Of a stretch of DNA of 42,987 nucleotides, positions 21,395 through 33,002 are shown piece after piece (position 1 is the first letter of the stretch; each line of letters starts with the position of its first letter). Below the pieces are notes generated by a model. The model had not been told where the DNA came from, ran no database searches, and worked only from the letters and a program-made list of their open reading frames with translations. Position numbers and translations under genes: made by a program. This DNA is from Alphaproteobacteria bacterium (lineage in GTDB: Bacteria; Pseudomonadota; Alphaproteobacteria; UBA8317), in NCBI GenBank assembly GCA_038131935.1, contig JAYPQH010000031.1, forward strand, positions 1 to 42,987, read 5' to 3'.

Positions 21395-22532
21395 AGAAGC
21401 GACGTTCCCGCAAGAAAGGGGTGTCAGCGTGCCGCCTCAGAGAAAGTCCTCTTTTTGGGTGCGCTTGTTTGCTGACCCATCATGGCAGGCATGGGCTGCC
21501 AAAATGCCCATCATACGTCGGTTTGTTAGGCGTGATGGTGAGGCCATATTTGATATATTGGCAGGTTTTTGTCACTCCCAAGTGATCTTTTGTCTGGTAG
21601 AATTGGGTATTTTCAATCTCTTGCGGGACGAAGAGCAAACCATATCTAAGATTGCAGATGATTGTGGTTGTTCAGAGGATGACCTGCAGCTGTTGATTGA
21701 TGGGGCGGTTGCTCTTGGGCTTGTAAAATCATCTGGAGCATATTTAGCGCTGACGCGGCGGGGTGCAGCTGTTGCAGGTGCCCCAGGCCTCCAAGAAATC
21801 ATTCGTCACAATATTGTGCTGTACCGTGATCTTTCAGACCCTCTGTCTGTGATTCGTGGGGCAAAAGATACAGAGCTCTCGCATTTTTGGCCCTATGTAT
21901 TTGGTGCCAGTGGGCAAGCTCAAGATCAGAATCTCGCCCAACGATATTCGCAACTTATGGCAGATACCCAGCAAATGGTGAGTGCGGATACACTTGAAAT
22001 TGTTGGGGGTACACAAGGTTCATGGCTTGATATCGGAGGTGGAAGTGGGGTGTTTATCGCAGCACTTGCGGCATTTCGAGGAAAGGCTGATGGGCTAGGT
22101 ATATTTGATTTGCCTGCGGTTGAAAACTCCGCGCGGAATTTCCTATCCACCCATTCAAACCTGGAAGCTGTTAAGTTCCATCCGGGCTCTTTCAGAGATG
22201 ATTCTCTGCCCAAAGGTTATCAAAATATTAGCCTTATTCGGGTTCTTTATGACCATGATGCGTCAACTGTAAGCAAATTGTTACAGGATATATTCGATAT
22301 CCTTCCTGCGTCGGGAAGAATTTTTATATCTGAGCCTATGAAGGGGGAAGAGCGGCCACAGCGTGCTGGGGATATTTATTTCGCGTTATACTGTCGTGCT
22401 ATGAAGACCGGGACTGTTCGAAAACCAAGTGAAATTAATGTATTATTAGAGCATGCAGGGTTTGTCGATATAAAGGTTTACAAGTCCTCTCGTCCATTTA
22501 TTACAACGGTTATAGCTGCGCGTAAGGCGTAA
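21387..22532 (+). CDS. crtF: Hydroxyneurosporene O-methyltransferase (start approximate)
   Basis: FDILAGFCHSQV, FWPYVFGA, LDIGGGSG, LIRVLYDH, DIYFALYCRAM. Confidence 0.93.
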   Translation: MVEEATFPQERGVSVPPQRKSSFWVRLFADPSWQAWAAKMPIIRRFVRRDGEAIFDILAGFCHSQVIFCLVELGIFNLLRDEEQTISKIADDCGCSEDDLQLLIDGAVALGLVKSSGAYLALTRRGAAVAGAPGLQEIIRHNIVLYRDLSDPLSVIRGAKDTELSHFWPYVFGASGQAQDQNLAQRYSQLMADTQQMVSADTLEIVGGTQGSWLDIGGGSGVFIAALAAFRGKADGLGIFDLPAVENSARNFLSTHSNLEAVKFHPGSFRDDSLPKGYQNISLIRVLYDHDASTVSKLLQDIFDILPASGRIFISEPMKGEERPQRAGDIYFALYCRAMKTGTVRKPSEINVLLEHAGFVDIKVYKSSRPFITTVIAARKA

Positions 22533-22546
22533 GTTTCTCTTTGTTG

Positions 22547-22590
22547 TGTCAAAAAATATTGACAAATAAATCTGTAAGTTTAAAGTGACA
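22547..22590. promoter_or_regulatory. Tandem PpsR boxes over the bchC promoter, 8-bp spacing
   Basis: TGT-CAAAAAATATTG-ACA (22547-22564, contains TTGACA) and TGT-AAGTTTAAAGTG-ACA (22573-22590); the established bchC arrangement. Confidence 0.93.
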
Positions 22591-22623
22591 TATCAGGTTG
22601 TATAAAAATTACTAGAAACAGGG

Positions 22624-23574
22624 ATGATAAACGTGGAGTCGCAAGCCATCATATTAACCAAACCAGGAGAGGTTCAGTTGGGTCAGGTGCGGCTCAAAGA
22701 TCCTGCAAGGTCTGATATTGTTGTCGCTGTTCGATATTCAGGTGTGTCAACAGGTACGGAAAAGCTTTTTTTTGAGGGTTCTATGCCGCCATTCCCAGGT
22801 ATGGGATTCCCGTTGGTGCCAGGATACGAGGCTTGTGGTGAGGTCGTTGAGGCAAGTCCTCAGGCCGGCCTTAATGTAGGTGATTATGTTTTTGTGCCAG
22901 GGGCCAATTGTTATCACGATGCCTTTGGGTTGTTTGGCGCGTCTTCAAAATATCTTGTGACTGACCCCTCAAGGGTTTCAAAAATTGATTCAGGACTTCA
23001 AGCACGTGGTGCATTGTTAGCCCTAGCTGCTACAGCCCGTCATGCTCTGGCAAGTCCAGGCTCTCAGTTGCCTGACTTAATCATTGGGCACGGTGTTCTT
23101 GGAAGGCTTCTCGCACGTTTGACCATTCTTGCGGGGGCTCCTGCGCCCACGGTTTGGGAGATTGACCCCCGACGTATGGGTGGAGCCCTTGGTTACAAGG
23201 TTTGCCTGCCGGATGAAGATGAGCGTCGCGACTATCGGGCAATTTATGATGCGTCGGGAAATGCTGCGCTCATTGATGCTATGGTCGGAAGACTCATCAA
23301 AGGTGGAGAAATTGTGTTGGCAGGGTTTTATGCTGACAGGCCATCCTTTGCTTTTGCGCCAGCCTTTATGAAAGAGGCGCGCATACGCATTGCTTCAGAA
23401 TGGTCACCCGCAGATCTTTTGGCCGTTCGCATGCTGCTGGAGTCAGATGCTTTAAGTCTCGAAGGGCTGATTACCCACGAAGTGGATGCAGCACAGGCTT
23501 GTGAATCCTATCCAGACGCATTTGCCAATGCTGACTGCTTAAAAATGATTTTCAATTGGGGAGGCGTAGCATGA
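22624..23574 (+). CDS. bchC: 3-hydroxyethyl bacteriochlorophyllide a dehydrogenase
   Basis: [56 protein letters not shown]. Confidence 0.96.
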   Translation: MINVESQAIILTKPGEVQLGQVRLKDPARSDIVVAVRYSGVSTGTEKLFFEGSMPPFPGMGFPLVPGYEACGEVVEASPQAGLNVGDYVFVPGANCYHDAFGLFGASSKYLVTDPSRVSKIDSGLQARGALLALAATARHALASPGSQLPDLIIGHGVLGRLLARLTILAGAPAPTVWEIDPRRMGGALGYKVCLPDEDERRDYRAIYDASGNAALIDAMVGRLIKGGEIVLAGFYADRPSFAFAPAFMKEARIRIASEWSPADLLAVRMLLESDALSLEGLITHEVDAAQACESYPDAFANADCLKMIFNWGGVA

Positions 23575-24575
23575 TGGAACGTGGAGATGCGTTGAAAGAT
23601 ATGCATGAGCATTTGCGTGCAGAAGCTGATGAGCCCATGGATCAAGTTCATGAAATGGAGTCAGTCAAAAAGAAAACCCAGATCATTGCAATTTATGGGA
23701 AGGGTGGAATTGGCAAAAGTTTTACGTTGGCAAACCTAAGTCATATGATGGCGGAGCAGGGTAAGCGTGTGCTCCTAATTGGATGTGACCCCAAATCAGA
23801 CACAACCAGCCTTCTTTTTGGAGGAAAGGCTTGTCCCACCATTATTGAAACGTCGACACAAAAAAAACTAGCAGGTGAAGAAGTTCAAATTGGGGATGTC
23901 TGTTTCAAAAGAAATGGTGTTTTTGCGATGGAGCTTGGCGGTCCGGAAGTGGGCCGTGGCTGTGGCGGAAGAGGAATTATTCATGGCTTTGAACTTCTGG
24001 AGAAGCTAGGTTTTCATGACTGGGACTTTGACTATGTTTTGCTAGACTTCTTAGGTGATGTTGTGTGCGGCGGGTTTGGTTTGCCCATCGCGCGGGATAT
24101 GGCGCAAAAAGTCATATTGGTTGGCTCAAATGACCTTCAATCACTCTATGTGGCCAATAATGTTTGCTCAGCTGTTGAATATTTCCAAAAACTTGGCGGT
24201 AACGTTGGCGTTGCTGGATTGGTCATCAATAAAGATGATGGTTCTGGAGAGGCGCAAGCATTTGCAAAAGCGGTTAATATTCCTGTGCTCGCAGCCATCC
24301 CATCGGATGATGATCTGCGTAAAAAATCCGCAAATTATCAAATTGTTGGAACAAAGACGAGTGTTTGGGGTGGGATTTTTTCAGAGCTGGCACAAGCTGT
24401 AGCAGATGCGCCGCCTATTCATCCTGCGCCATTAGATCAAGATGGTTTGCTGGGGCTTTTTGATGCCGAAGAAACTGGCGCTGGTTTTACGTTAGAACCA
24501 GCAACGGACGAAGACATGCGGGGAAGCTTTGCCGTTCAAAAAGCAACCCTTGAAGTTGTGTATGACGACGCATGA
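23571..24575 (+). CDS. bchX: Chlorophyllide a reductase Fe protein
   Basis: [42 protein letters not shown], terminal LEVVYDD. Confidence 0.97.
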   Translation: MMERGDALKDMHEHLRAEADEPMDQVHEMESVKKKTQIIAIYGKGGIGKSFTLANLSHMMAEQGKRVLLIGCDPKSDTTSLLFGGKACPTIIETSTQKKLAGEEVQIGDVCFKRNGVFAMELGGPEVGRGCGGRGIIHGFELLEKLGFHDWDFDYVLLDFLGDVVCGGFGLPIARDMAQKVILVGSNDLQSLYVANNVCSAVEYFQKLGGNVGVAGLVINKDDGSGEAQAFAKAVNIPVLAAIPSDDDLRKKSANYQIVGTKTSVWGGIFSELAQAVADAPPIHPAPLDQDGLLGLFDAEETGAGFTLEPATDEDMRGSFAVQKATLEVVYDDA

Positions 24576-26125
24576 CTAGGGAGCGTTCATATGACAATTC
24601 CAGCGTCATTCCTGTTGACGGTGTGATCGAAGGCAAGGAAGCCTCTCGTTCTCAAGAGATCGGCTGCCACACGACACGCGCCGACGCTGCCAAAAATATA
24701 CATCCACATAACGCAGATATTCTCGCACAATTTGCGAAGGATTATCCCCAAGGTCCGCATGATCAACCTCAGTCCATGTGTCCTGCCTTTGGCTCCTTGC
24801 GTGTTGGATTGCGCATGAAGCGTGTGGCGTCCGTGTTATCTGGTTCTGCCTGTTGTGTTTATGGGTTGAGTTTCGTTAGCCATTTCTATGGTGCGCGACG
24901 ATCTGTTGGCTATGTGCCCTTTAACTCTGAAACTTTGGTAACAGGCAAATTGTTTGAAGACATCCGTCAATCTGTACATGATATGGCTGATCCCAAAAGA
25001 TATGATGCCATTGTGGTGACCAATTTATGTGTTCCCACCGCATCGGGTGTTCCACTAAGATTGTTGCCAAAACAGATCAATGGTGTCCGTATTGTTGGTA
25101 TTGATGTGCCAGGCTTTGGCGTACCGACACATGCTGAAGCGAAAGATGTGCTGGCCGGTGCGATGCTGGCTTATGCGCGTGCAGAAATCCAAGCAGGTCC
25201 TGTTCCGCGACCTTTAGGTAGCAAGACTGACCGGCCTAGAATTGCTTTATTGGGGGAAATGTTTCCAGCGGATCCCATTATGATAGGGGCAATGATCGCC
25301 CCTCTTGGGCTAGCTGCAGGTCCCGTCGTGCCTTGTAGGGAATGGCGCGAATTATATGCTGCATTAGATAGCGCTGCGGTCGCAGCTATACATCCTTTCT
25401 ATACCTCAGCAATTAGGGAGTTTAAAGCGGCGGGCCGCAGTGTCATAGGGTCAGCGCCTGTGGGGCTAGAGGGCACCATGAGCTGGTTGGAAAATGTAGG
25501 GGATGTATTTGGTTGTAGTGAGCAACAAATTGCAAATGCACAGAATGCCTTCCTACCTGCTCTAAAGTCACAATTTGGTGAAAAGCTTATAGATGGACGT
25601 ATCACCTTATCTGGCTATGAGGGGTCCGAGCTTATTGTGGCTCGTTTGTTGATCGAATGTGGTGCTGACATTCCTTACGTGGGCACCGCATGTCCTCGTA
25701 CGCCCTACAATGAAGCAGATTATGAATGGTTGCGTTCACGTAATGTGGAGGTCAAATTCCGTGCCTCATTGGAAGATGATATGGCCGCATTCTCTGTTTT
25801 TGAGCCTGATTTGGCTATTGGAACGACACCTGTGGTTCAAAAAGCCAAAGAGGCAGGTGTACCCGGATTGTATTTTACAAATCTTATTTCAGCGCGACCA
25901 CTCATGGGGCCTGCTGGGATAGGTAGTATTGCTGAGGTCATAAACAAAGCTATGGCGGGTAAAGAAAATATGGCCCGTATGAATAGCTTTTTTTGCAGAT
26001 GTTGGCAGAGGCGATAGCAGTGGAATTTGGGAGGCCGAGCCACAGCCTCGACCACAGTTTAAAGCACGCTATGCAAAAAAATGGCCGCTAAGCAGAAAGC
26101 TGCTCGGGCAGAGGAGATGATCTGA
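24572..26125 (+). CDS. bchY: Chlorophyllide a reductase subunit Y (slips at T-run 25988-25994 and A-run 26075-26081)
   Basis: [40 protein letters not shown]; corrected tail FFADVG...[16 protein letters not shown] couples to bchZ via TGATG. Confidence 0.94.
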
Positions 26126-27582
26126 TGCTGATACTCGATCATGACAGGGCGGGCGGTTATTGGGGTGCGGTCTACGCGTTCTGTGCAGTAAAAGGCTTGC
26201 AGGTTGTGATTGATGGCCCAGTAGGTTGTGAAAATTTACCTGTTACGTCCGTTCTTCACTATACAGATGGGTTACCTCCACACGAGTTGCCAATTGTTGT
26301 AACCGGGCTCAGCGAAGATGAAATGGGTGCTGGAACAGAGGATGCGATGAAACGCGCCTGGCAAACATTAGATCCCTCTCTTCCAGCGGTTGTGGTCACA
26401 GGCTCTATAGCTGAAATGATCGGTGGTGGCGTCACGCCACAAGGCACGAATATTCAGCGTTTCTTACCCAGAACTATTGACGAAGACCAATGGGAAGCGG
26501 CTGATCGCGCCATGACTTGGATCTTTACCGAGTTTGGAATGACCAAGGGGCGAATGCCAAAAGAAAGACCTAGAAAGCCCGACAGCAAGCCTAGGGTAAA
26601 TATTTTAGGCCCTATGTATGGTGTGTTTAACATGCCATCCGACCTTGCTGAGTTGCGAAGGTTGATTGAGGGCATTGGCGCCGAAGTTAATATGGTTATG
26701 CCATTGGGTTCACATCTTGAAGATATGCGTGACCTGGTCAATGCAGATGCCAATATCGTCATGTATAGAGAGTTTGGGCGTGGATTAGCAGAAATATTAG
26801 GCAAACCCTATTTGCAAGCACCCATAGGTATGCATTCAACCACGGCATTTCTGGAAGAATTGGGTCGGCTGTTAGGTCTAGATCCGCAACCATTTATCGA
26901 GCGCGAGAAGCATGTCACGTTAAAACCTTTATGGGACCTTTGGCGTTCAGTGACGCAAGATTTCTTCGCAACAGTTAATTGTGGAATTGTTGCGAGCGAG
27001 ACGTATGCCAGAGGGCTTAAGCTTTATTTGGAACAGGATTTGGGTTTTCCTGTGGATTTTGCAGTTGCACGATGCAGAGGCAAGAAAACAGATAACCAAG
27101 AAGTGAGAGTCTTGCTTGAAAAGACCAGGCCACTGATTGTTTTTGGTTCCATCAATGAAAAAATGTATCTCGCTGAACTAGGCCAAGGACACGGTCCAAA
27201 ACCTGCTTATATTCCAGCTTCATTCCCAGGAACCGCCATAAGAAGAACAACCGGCACGCCATTTATGGGATATGCGGGGGCTGCGTATATTATCCAAGAG
27301 GTTTGTAACAGTTTGTTCGATGCTTTGTTTCATGTTCTGCCACTTGCTAGCGAACTTGATCAAGAAACAGGCAGTCTAACACCGCTTCGAAACGAGTTAC
27401 CTTGGGATCATGAAGCACAGGTAAAACTCGATGAAATCGTCGCGGAACATTCCGTCCTCACGAGGATTTCAGCAGCCAAATCGTTGAGAGATGCAGCCGA
27501 GCGCGAAGCCTTATTGCAAGGCGCAACGAGCGTAGATCGAGGTTTATTGGACCGTATTTATAGCAAGAAGGGGCGTGGATAG
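26125..27582 (+). CDS. bchZ: Chlorophyllide a reductase subunit Z
   Basis: [46 protein letters not shown]. Confidence 0.97.
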   Translation: MLILDHDRAGGYWGAVYAFCAVKGLQVVIDGPVGCENLPVTSVLHYTDGLPPHELPIVVTGLSEDEMGAGTEDAMKRAWQTLDPSLPAVVVTGSIAEMIGGGVTPQGTNIQRFLPRTIDEDQWEAADRAMTWIFTEFGMTKGRMPKERPRKPDSKPRVNILGPMYGVFNMPSDLAELRRLIEGIGAEVNMVMPLGSHLEDMRDLVNADANIVMYREFGRGLAEILGKPYLQAPIGMHSTTAFLEELGRLLGLDPQPFIEREKHVTLKPLWDLWRSVTQDFFATVNCGIVASETYARGLKLYLEQDLGFPVDFAVARCRGKKTDNQEVRVLLEKTRPLIVFGSINEKMYLAELGQGHGPKPAYIPASFPGTAIRRTTGTPFMGYAGAAYIIQEVCNSLFDALFHVLPLASELDQETGSLTPLRNELPWDHEAQVKLDEIVAEHSVLTRISAAKSLRDAAEREALLQGATSVDRGLLDRIYSKKGRG

Positions 27583-27584
27583 TT

Positions 27585-27815
27585 ATGACCATCATGCAAC
27601 ATGAAGACCAACCTGTTTTAAGAAGGCGCCAATCACATCAAGACCGGATTGAGTACAGTCTCTATTTCTCTCTGATCTTCTTTTTCATTGTTCCATTTAT
27701 GATGGTTGGTTGGATCTTACAGTGGATGCAACCAAGCGCGGATCGGATGCGCGACCCTATGAGTGCAGCATGGCAAAGGGCAGGTGCCATCACCCCAATG
27801 ATTTTTAAAGGGTGA
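27585..27815 (+). CDS. pufQ: PufQ
   Basis: 76 aa between bchZ and pufB; EYSLYFSLIF TM segment and AWQRAGAITPMIF. Confidence 0.9.
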   Translation: MTIMQHEDQPVLRRRQSHQDRIEYSLYFSLIFFFIVPFMMVGWILQWMQPSADRMRDPMSAAWQRAGAITPMIFKG

Positions 27816-27822
27816 ATAAATT

Positions 27823-27864
27823 CTACCAACCTCGCGACTTTAAAGGCGCGGGATAGGTTGGTGG
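27823..27864 (+). other. Stem-loop 3' of pufQ
   Basis: CTACCAACCT...AGGTTGGTGG outer stem with inner CGCG/CGCG pairing. Confidence 0.6.
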
Positions 27865-27978
27865 CAAGAAATTACTTGGCGGCGCTTAGCGTTGTCAGGT
27901 GAGTGCGGGGGAGGGTCCTCCGTAAACCCAGCCGCGGGGGTGTCGCGGTATCAGTTCGTATTTTCCGGAGGAAAAAAC

Positions 27979-28134
27979 ATGGCTGATAGATCTGATCTGT
28001 CGTTGACAGGTTTGACTGATGAGCAGGCTCAGGAGCTTCATTCAGTATACATGAGCGGATTGTGGATCTTTTCCATGGTCGCAGTGGTTGCGCATGTGCT
28101 GACATACATCAAGCTTCCTTGGTTTGCGTGGTAA
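27979..28134 (+). CDS. pufB: LH1 beta subunit, 51 aa
   Basis: [51 protein letters not shown]; GGAGG RBS. Confidence 0.97.
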   Translation: MADRSDLSLTGLTDEQAQELHSVYMSGLWIFSMVAVVAHVLTYIKLPWFAW

Positions 28135-28144
28135 GGGGGCTGAA

Positions 28145-28300
28145 ATGTCTGAGTTTTATAAAATTTGGAAGATTTTCGATCCTCGCAGTGTGTTCGTGGT
28201 TCAGGGTGTGTTTCTTTTTACACTTGCAGCGATGATCCACCTCGTCCTGCTCAGCAACGAAAACACCAACTGGTTCACCCTCGCATTCGCGGGCAATTGA
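28145..28300 (+). CDS. pufA: LH1 alpha subunit, 51 aa (absent from the ORF track)
   Basis: Hand translation [51 protein letters not shown]; conserved KIW..FDP, BChl-binding His, Trp+11. Confidence 0.96.
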   Translation: MSEFYKIWKIFDPRSVFVVQGVFLFTLAAMIHLVLLSNENTNWFTLAFAGN

Positions 28301-28317
28301 TCCTGTTGAGAAATGGA

Positions 28318-28343
28318 GTCGTGGGCGACCCATCGCCCACGAC
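28318..28343 (+). other. pufA-pufL intercistronic stem-loop (mRNA stabiliser)
   Basis: Perfect 11-bp stem GTCGTGGGCGA-CCCA-TCGCCCACGAC; same position as the known pufBA-stabilising hairpin. Confidence 0.85.
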
Positions 28344-28395
28344 AAACTAATGAACGTTGGGTTTTGTAAAACCCTATCACGAATGGAGTAGAGAG

Positions 28396-29226
28396 ATGGC
28401 GCAACTCAGCTTTGAGAGAAAATACCGCGTCCGAGGCGGGACGCTTATAGGCGGCGATCTGTTTGATTTCTGGGTAGGCCCTTTCTATGTGGGATTCTTT
28501 GGAATCACGACAGTGTTTTTCGCTGTACTTGGTACAATATTGATTTTTTACGGAGCTTCCCAAGGGCCAACATGGAATCCTTGGTTGATTTCAATCAATC
28601 CACCACCACTGGAATATGGGCTTGGTGCAGCACCCTTAAATGAAGGCGGACTATGGCAGGTTATAACAATTTGCGCGATTGGTGCTTTTATTAGTTGGGC
28701 GTTGAGAGAAGTTGAGATCTGTCGAAAACTCGGCATTGGTTATCATGTGCCGATAGCGTTTGGCATGGCAATTTTCGCCTATTTAACGTTGGTGGTGATT
28801 AGGCCCGTTTTATTGGGGGCCTGGGGACATGGATTCCCATATGGTATATTTAGCCATCTCGATTGGGTGAATAATGTTGGATATACCTATGGAAACTTCC
28901 ATTATAATCCCGCGCATATGATTGCGGTAACCTTTTTCTTCACGACCACCTTAGCGTTGGCCCTTCATGGATCACTGGTCCTTTCGGCCGTAAACACAGG
29001 GAAGGAAAACGATATTCGGACCCCAGAGCATGAAGATACCTATTTCCGTGATTTGATTGGGTATTCGGTGGGGCCGTTGGGAATCCATAGGTTGGGACTG
29101 TTCTTGGCATTGAATGCGGGATTCTGGTCTGCTGTTTGTATCGTTATTTCAGGTACGGTCTGGTTTGATGCTTGGATCGCTTGGTGGGATTGGTACGCTG
29201 AATTGCCCTTCTGGGCAGATCTCTAA
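28396..29226 (+). CDS. pufL: Reaction centre L subunit
   Basis: [52 protein letters not shown]. Confidence 0.99.
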   Translation: MAQLSFERKYRVRGGTLIGGDLFDFWVGPFYVGFFGITTVFFAVLGTILIFYGASQGPTWNPWLISINPPPLEYGLGAAPLNEGGLWQVITICAIGAFISWALREVEICRKLGIGYHVPIAFGMAIFAYLTLVVIRPVLLGAWGHGFPYGIFSHLDWVNNVGYTYGNFHYNPAHMIAVTFFFTTTLALALHGSLVLSAVNTGKENDIRTPEHEDTYFRDLIGYSVGPLGIHRLGLFLALNAGFWSAVCIVISGTVWFDAWIAWWDWYAELPFWADL

Positions 29227-29240
29227 GGGAGGATATTGTC

Positions 29241-30167
29241 ATGGCACAATATTATAACATCTTCACTCAAGTTCAGGTGCAAGGGCCTGCAGAACTGGGC
29301 GTTGATACAGAAGCCAATTTGGCAGCTGGACGGACAAAACCAGGTGGGTTCTCATCTCTTTTGGGATGGTTTGGTAACGCGCAATTAGGCCCAATTTATC
29401 TTGGTCCTTTTGGCTTGGTGAGCATCGCAACTGGTTTTGCTTGGTTTTTCATAGTTGGCATGAGTTTTTGGGCTCAAGTTGACTACAACCCAGCCGTTTT
29501 TGTGCGGGATTTGTTCTGGCTTGCTTTGGAGCCACCATCACCTGATTATGGGCTAAGTTTTCCGCCGTTAAATGAGGGTGGATGGTATCTGATTGCATCA
29601 TTTATGCTGCTAGTTTCTGTGCTAAGTTGGTGGATTCGGACCTACAAACGGGCTTTAGACCTAGGCATGGGTACACATGTTTCTTGGGCATTTGCATCAG
29701 CAATTTGGTTGTTTTTGGTCTTAGGCTTGATCCGCCCAATTCTGATGGGAAGTTGGTCAGAGGCTGTCCCATATGGTGTGTTTCCACATCTTGATTGGAC
29801 GAACTTGTTTTCGCTGACTTATGGGAATCTCTTCTACAACCCATTCCATGCACTCTCTATTGCCTTCCTGTATGGATCAGCACTTCTGTTTGCGATGCAT
29901 GGTGCAACCATCCTTGCTGTCAGCCGGTTTGGTGGTGAGCGTGAAATTGAGCAAATTGTGGATAGGGGTACCGCCAGCGAACGTGCTGCGCTGTTCTGGC
30001 GTTGGACCATGGGCTTTAATGCAACGATGGAAGGCATCCATCGCTGGGCCTGGTGGTTTGCTGTGTTGACCACATTAACAGGTGGTATCGGTATACTGTT
30101 GACAGGCACTGTTGTGGATAACTGGTATGTTTGGGCTCAAGCCCATGGCTATGCACCATTGAATTGA
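29241..30167 (+). CDS. pufM: Reaction centre M subunit
   Basis: [59 protein letters not shown]. Confidence 0.99.
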   Translation: MAQYYNIFTQVQVQGPAELGVDTEANLAAGRTKPGGFSSLLGWFGNAQLGPIYLGPFGLVSIATGFAWFFIVGMSFWAQVDYNPAVFVRDLFWLALEPPSPDYGLSFPPLNEGGWYLIASFMLLVSVLSWWIRTYKRALDLGMGTHVSWAFASAIWLFLVLGLIRPILMGSWSEAVPYGVFPHLDWTNLFSLTYGNLFYNPFHALSIAFLYGSALLFAMHGATILAVSRFGGEREIEQIVDRGTASERAALFWRWTMGFNATMEGIHRWAWWFAVLTTLTGGIGILLTGTVVDNWYVWAQAHGYAPLN

Positions 30168-30179
30168 TGGAGAGAAAGA

Positions 30180-30419
30180 ATGAGTGAACCAATTTTAAAA
30201 ATATCCGATAGAGCTCGATTGGGCGCAGAAATTGGATATCTCATGGTCAGAGGTGCAGGTTATGCAGCAGCTATTGTGTTTGGTTCTTGGGCGCTTCTAT
30301 GGGTAATATCTGAAGTTGGAAATCAACTGCCTGAAGCCAGTAGGGAAACCCCTGATCCAACACCAGTTTCGATGATCATGCCTTACGATGTGAAGTATCA
30401 AATTACATTGTTTGGGTAA
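30180..30419 (+). CDS. pufX: PufX
   Basis: 79 aa directly after pufM; single TM with MVRGAGYAA...VGNQLP...PDP pattern; no haem motifs, so not pufC. Confidence 0.88.
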   Translation: MSEPILKISDRARLGAEIGYLMVRGAGYAAAIVFGSWALLWVISEVGNQLPEASRETPDPTPVSMIMPYDVKYQITLFG

Positions 30420-30464
30420 AGCGGTTTTAAGCTTTTCTGCACGAAACATGTTGTCACATCTTTT

Positions 30465-30504
30465 GCGCCGCGCACCCTTCAATAACAAGGTGGGCGGCGT
30501 TTTT
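30465..30504 (+). terminator. puf operon intrinsic terminator
   Basis: GCGCCGCGCACCCTT-loop-AAGGTGGGCGGCGT followed by TTTT. Confidence 0.75.
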
Positions 30505-30539
30505 ACTTAAAATAATGATAGAAAAATGGGGTGGGAATT

Positions 30540-32420
30540 ATGGGTGAATTGTCAGGGCAGTTTTTGTTGCCAACAATTAAAGAGCCTAAGGATCTAAAGA
30601 AACTTAGCGATGCAGAATTGAAGCAACTCGCCATAGAGCTGCGAAATGAAGTCGTTTCTGTGGTCTCCCAGACTGGTGGACATTTGGGTTCTTCGCTTGG
30701 TGTTGTGGAGTTGACCATTGCTATTCATGCTGTTTTTAATACCCCATTTGATAAGTTAATTTGGGATGTTGGGCATCAATGTTATCCCCATAAAATACTG
30801 ACTGGTCGGCGTGAGCAAATGCGTAGTTTGCGTCAAGAGGGTGGGTTGTCTGGTTTCACCAAGCGCATGGAGAGCCCATATGATCCCTTTGGTGCAGCTC
30901 ATAGTTCTACGTCTATCTCCGCTGCGCTTGGCTTTGCCACAGGTAGAGATCTTGGGGGTGATGTTGGGGACGCCATTGCCGTTATCGGTGATGGCGCCAT
31001 GAGCGCGGGCATGGCGTTTGAAGCCATGAACAATGCTGGGGCAGAAGGTCGCCGGATGTTTGTTATTTTGAATGATAATGAAATGTCCATTGCGCCTCCT
31101 GTGGGGGCATTGTCTCGCTATTTGTCCATCATTAATCGAGGACCATTGAGCCAAGGCAGTCCTGATCTTGAAGCTTATATGCCAAGTGAATACCGAGATG
31201 GATTGCGCCGTGCGCAGGATATCATCAGGCCACTGTTGGGGGGGCAAGGAACACTTTTTGAGGATTTAGGTTTTGAATATCTTGGTCCTGTTGATGGACA
31301 TGATCTTGATATGTTGTTGCCTATGCTCAGGGCCGCTCGAGTGAGTGCGTCTAAGCCGTTGCTTATCCATGTTTGCACGGTTAAGGGCAAAGGCTATGAA
31401 CCAGCGGAACGTTCGGGTGATTGTTACCATGGTGTGGCCACCTTTGATGTTGCAACAGGCAAGCAAAATAAATCTAAGGGTAATAGTCCCCAATATACCG
31501 CAGTGTTTGGTCATGCCTTGACCCAAGAAGCGAATGAAGACGCAAAGGTGGTTGGTATTACTGCAGCCATGCCATCTGGTTGTGGTTTGGACATTATGCA
31601 GAAGGTTCTCCCTGAACGTGTGTTTGACGTGGGAATAGCAGAACAACATGCCGTGACCTTTGCAGCAGGTCTTGCTGCAAGCGGGATGAAGCCATTTTGT
31701 GCGATTTATTCAACTTTTTTGCAGCGTGCATATGATCAAATTGTCCATGATGTTGCCTTGCAAAATTTACCAGTTCGTTTTGCCTTGGACCGAGCAGGTT
31801 TGGTGGGGGCAGATGGTGCTACCCATGCAGGATCCTTCGATATTGGTTATCTGGGATCTTTACCCAATATGGTTGTGATGGCTGCGGCTGATGAAGCGGA
31901 ACTGTTGCACATGGTCAGAACATCTGTCGCTTATGATGAAGGCCCAATGGCCTTCCGCTTCCCACGTGGGGAAGGGGTGGGTGTCGACCTTCCAGAACGT
32001 GGTGAAATTCTTTCTATTGGTAAGGGAAGGGTTGTCCGTGAGGGAGCTGATGTCGCGCTCGTATCATTTGGCGCCCATCTTCATGATTGTTTGGAAGCAC
32101 GCGAGGCGCTTCTTCATCATGGTGTGTCATGTACGGTGGTTGATGCGAGATTTGCAAAGCCCCTTGATACTGACCTTCTTTGTCAGATGGTCTCACATCA
32201 TCAGTTGATGGTGACAATCGAGCAAGGGGCTATGGGAGGGTTTGGTGCCATGGTTTTGCAGACTTTAGCCAATTTGGGAAAGCTAGATGGGCGCTGTCAG
32301 TTCAGAACTATGCATTTACCAGACAGGTTTATTGATCAAGCATCTCCTGCAGCTATGTATCGTGACGCCGGCTTATCAGTTGCAGATATTACCAAGACAG
32401 TTCTATCTGTTGTGAAGTGA
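30540..32420 (+). CDS. dxs: 1-deoxy-D-xylulose-5-phosphate synthase
   Basis: [28 protein letters not shown]...NDN TPP motif, [20 protein letters not shown]. Confidence 0.97.
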   Translation: MGELSGQFLLPTIKEPKDLKKLSDAELKQLAIELRNEVVSVVSQTGGHLGSSLGVVELTIAIHAVFNTPFDKLIWDVGHQCYPHKILTGRREQMRSLRQEGGLSGFTKRMESPYDPFGAAHSSTSISAALGFATGRDLGGDVGDAIAVIGDGAMSAGMAFEAMNNAGAEGRRMFVILNDNEMSIAPPVGALSRYLSIINRGPLSQGSPDLEAYMPSEYRDGLRRAQDIIRPLLGGQGTLFEDLGFEYLGPVDGHDLDMLLPMLRAARVSASKPLLIHVCTVKGKGYEPAERSGDCYHGVATFDVATGKQNKSKGNSPQYTAVFGHALTQEANEDAKVVGITAAMPSGCGLDIMQKVLPERVFDVGIAEQHAVTFAAGLAASGMKPFCAIYSTFLQRAYDQIVHDVALQNLPVRFALDRAGLVGADGATHAGSFDIGYLGSLPNMVVMAAADEAELLHMVRTSVAYDEGPMAFRFPRGEGVGVDLPERGEILSIGKGRVVREGADVALVSFGAHLHDCLEAREALLHHGVSCTVVDARFAKPLDTDLLCQMVSHHQLMVTIEQGAMGGFGAMVLQTLANLGKLDGRCQFRTMHLPDRFIDQASPAAMYRDAGLSVADITKTVLSVVK

Positions 32421-32471
32421 TAAACGCGTTAAGGCGCAATCAAATGAGCAGAGAGAAATTGGTGCTTTAGA

Positions 32472-33002
32472 TTAAAGATTTTCATCTATTGGGAAAATAA
32501 CATCAAAATGGTTTTGCAGATATATCTGCAACCATGGCGTGTATAATGACTTGTTTGTTGCGACATGATCTTTCAAGGTATGGATATTCATCCATTTGAT
32601 GGCACAAACTTCGTCTGGATTGACATCAAGTTCTGGTTTTTCGTCAATATTGACAACAAAAATATGAACGACTTCATGTTCGGTAAGGTCTTGGCCAACA
32701 TCAGCGCGATATTCTGTTTGGTGACGAAATTCTAATTGACTGGTTTTCAGTCCTAATTCTTCATCAAGTCGCCTGCTGGCGGACTCCTGAAGGTCCTCTC
32801 CCCAATGTGGATGTGTACAGCAGCTGTTTGTCCATAATCCTGGTGTGTGGTACTTTGATAAGGCCCTGCGCTGTAATAACGTGTCTTGACCATGCATGAC
32901 AAAGACAGAGATCGCTTTGTGTCGCAGCCCTCTAACATGTACGTCGAGTTTTTCGCATGGTTTAAGAACGCCATTTTCCCAGGCCGGTATCATGATGCTC
33001 AT
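32472..33002 (-). CDS. idi: Isopentenyl-diphosphate isomerase type 1
   Basis: HVRGLRHKAISVF, WTNSCCTHP, RRLDEELG, EHEVVH, YTPWL. Confidence 0.95.
   Translation of the reverse strand: MSIMIPAWENGVLKPCEKLDVHVRGLRHKAISVFVMHGQDTLLQRRALSKYHTPGLWTNSCCTHPHWGEDLQESASRRLDEELGLKTSQLEFRHQTEYRADVGQDLTEHEVVHIFVVNIDEKPELDVNPDEVCAIKWMNIHTLKDHVATNKSLYTPWLQIYLQNHFDVIFPIDENL

Noticed and set aside
28165-28350. 61-aa ORF listed between pufB and pufL
   Set aside because: Wrong frame; the real gene is pufA at 28145-28300, below the track's length cut-off.
30180-30419. Remnant of pufC after pufM
   Set aside because: No CxxCH motif or lipobox; matches the PufX pattern.
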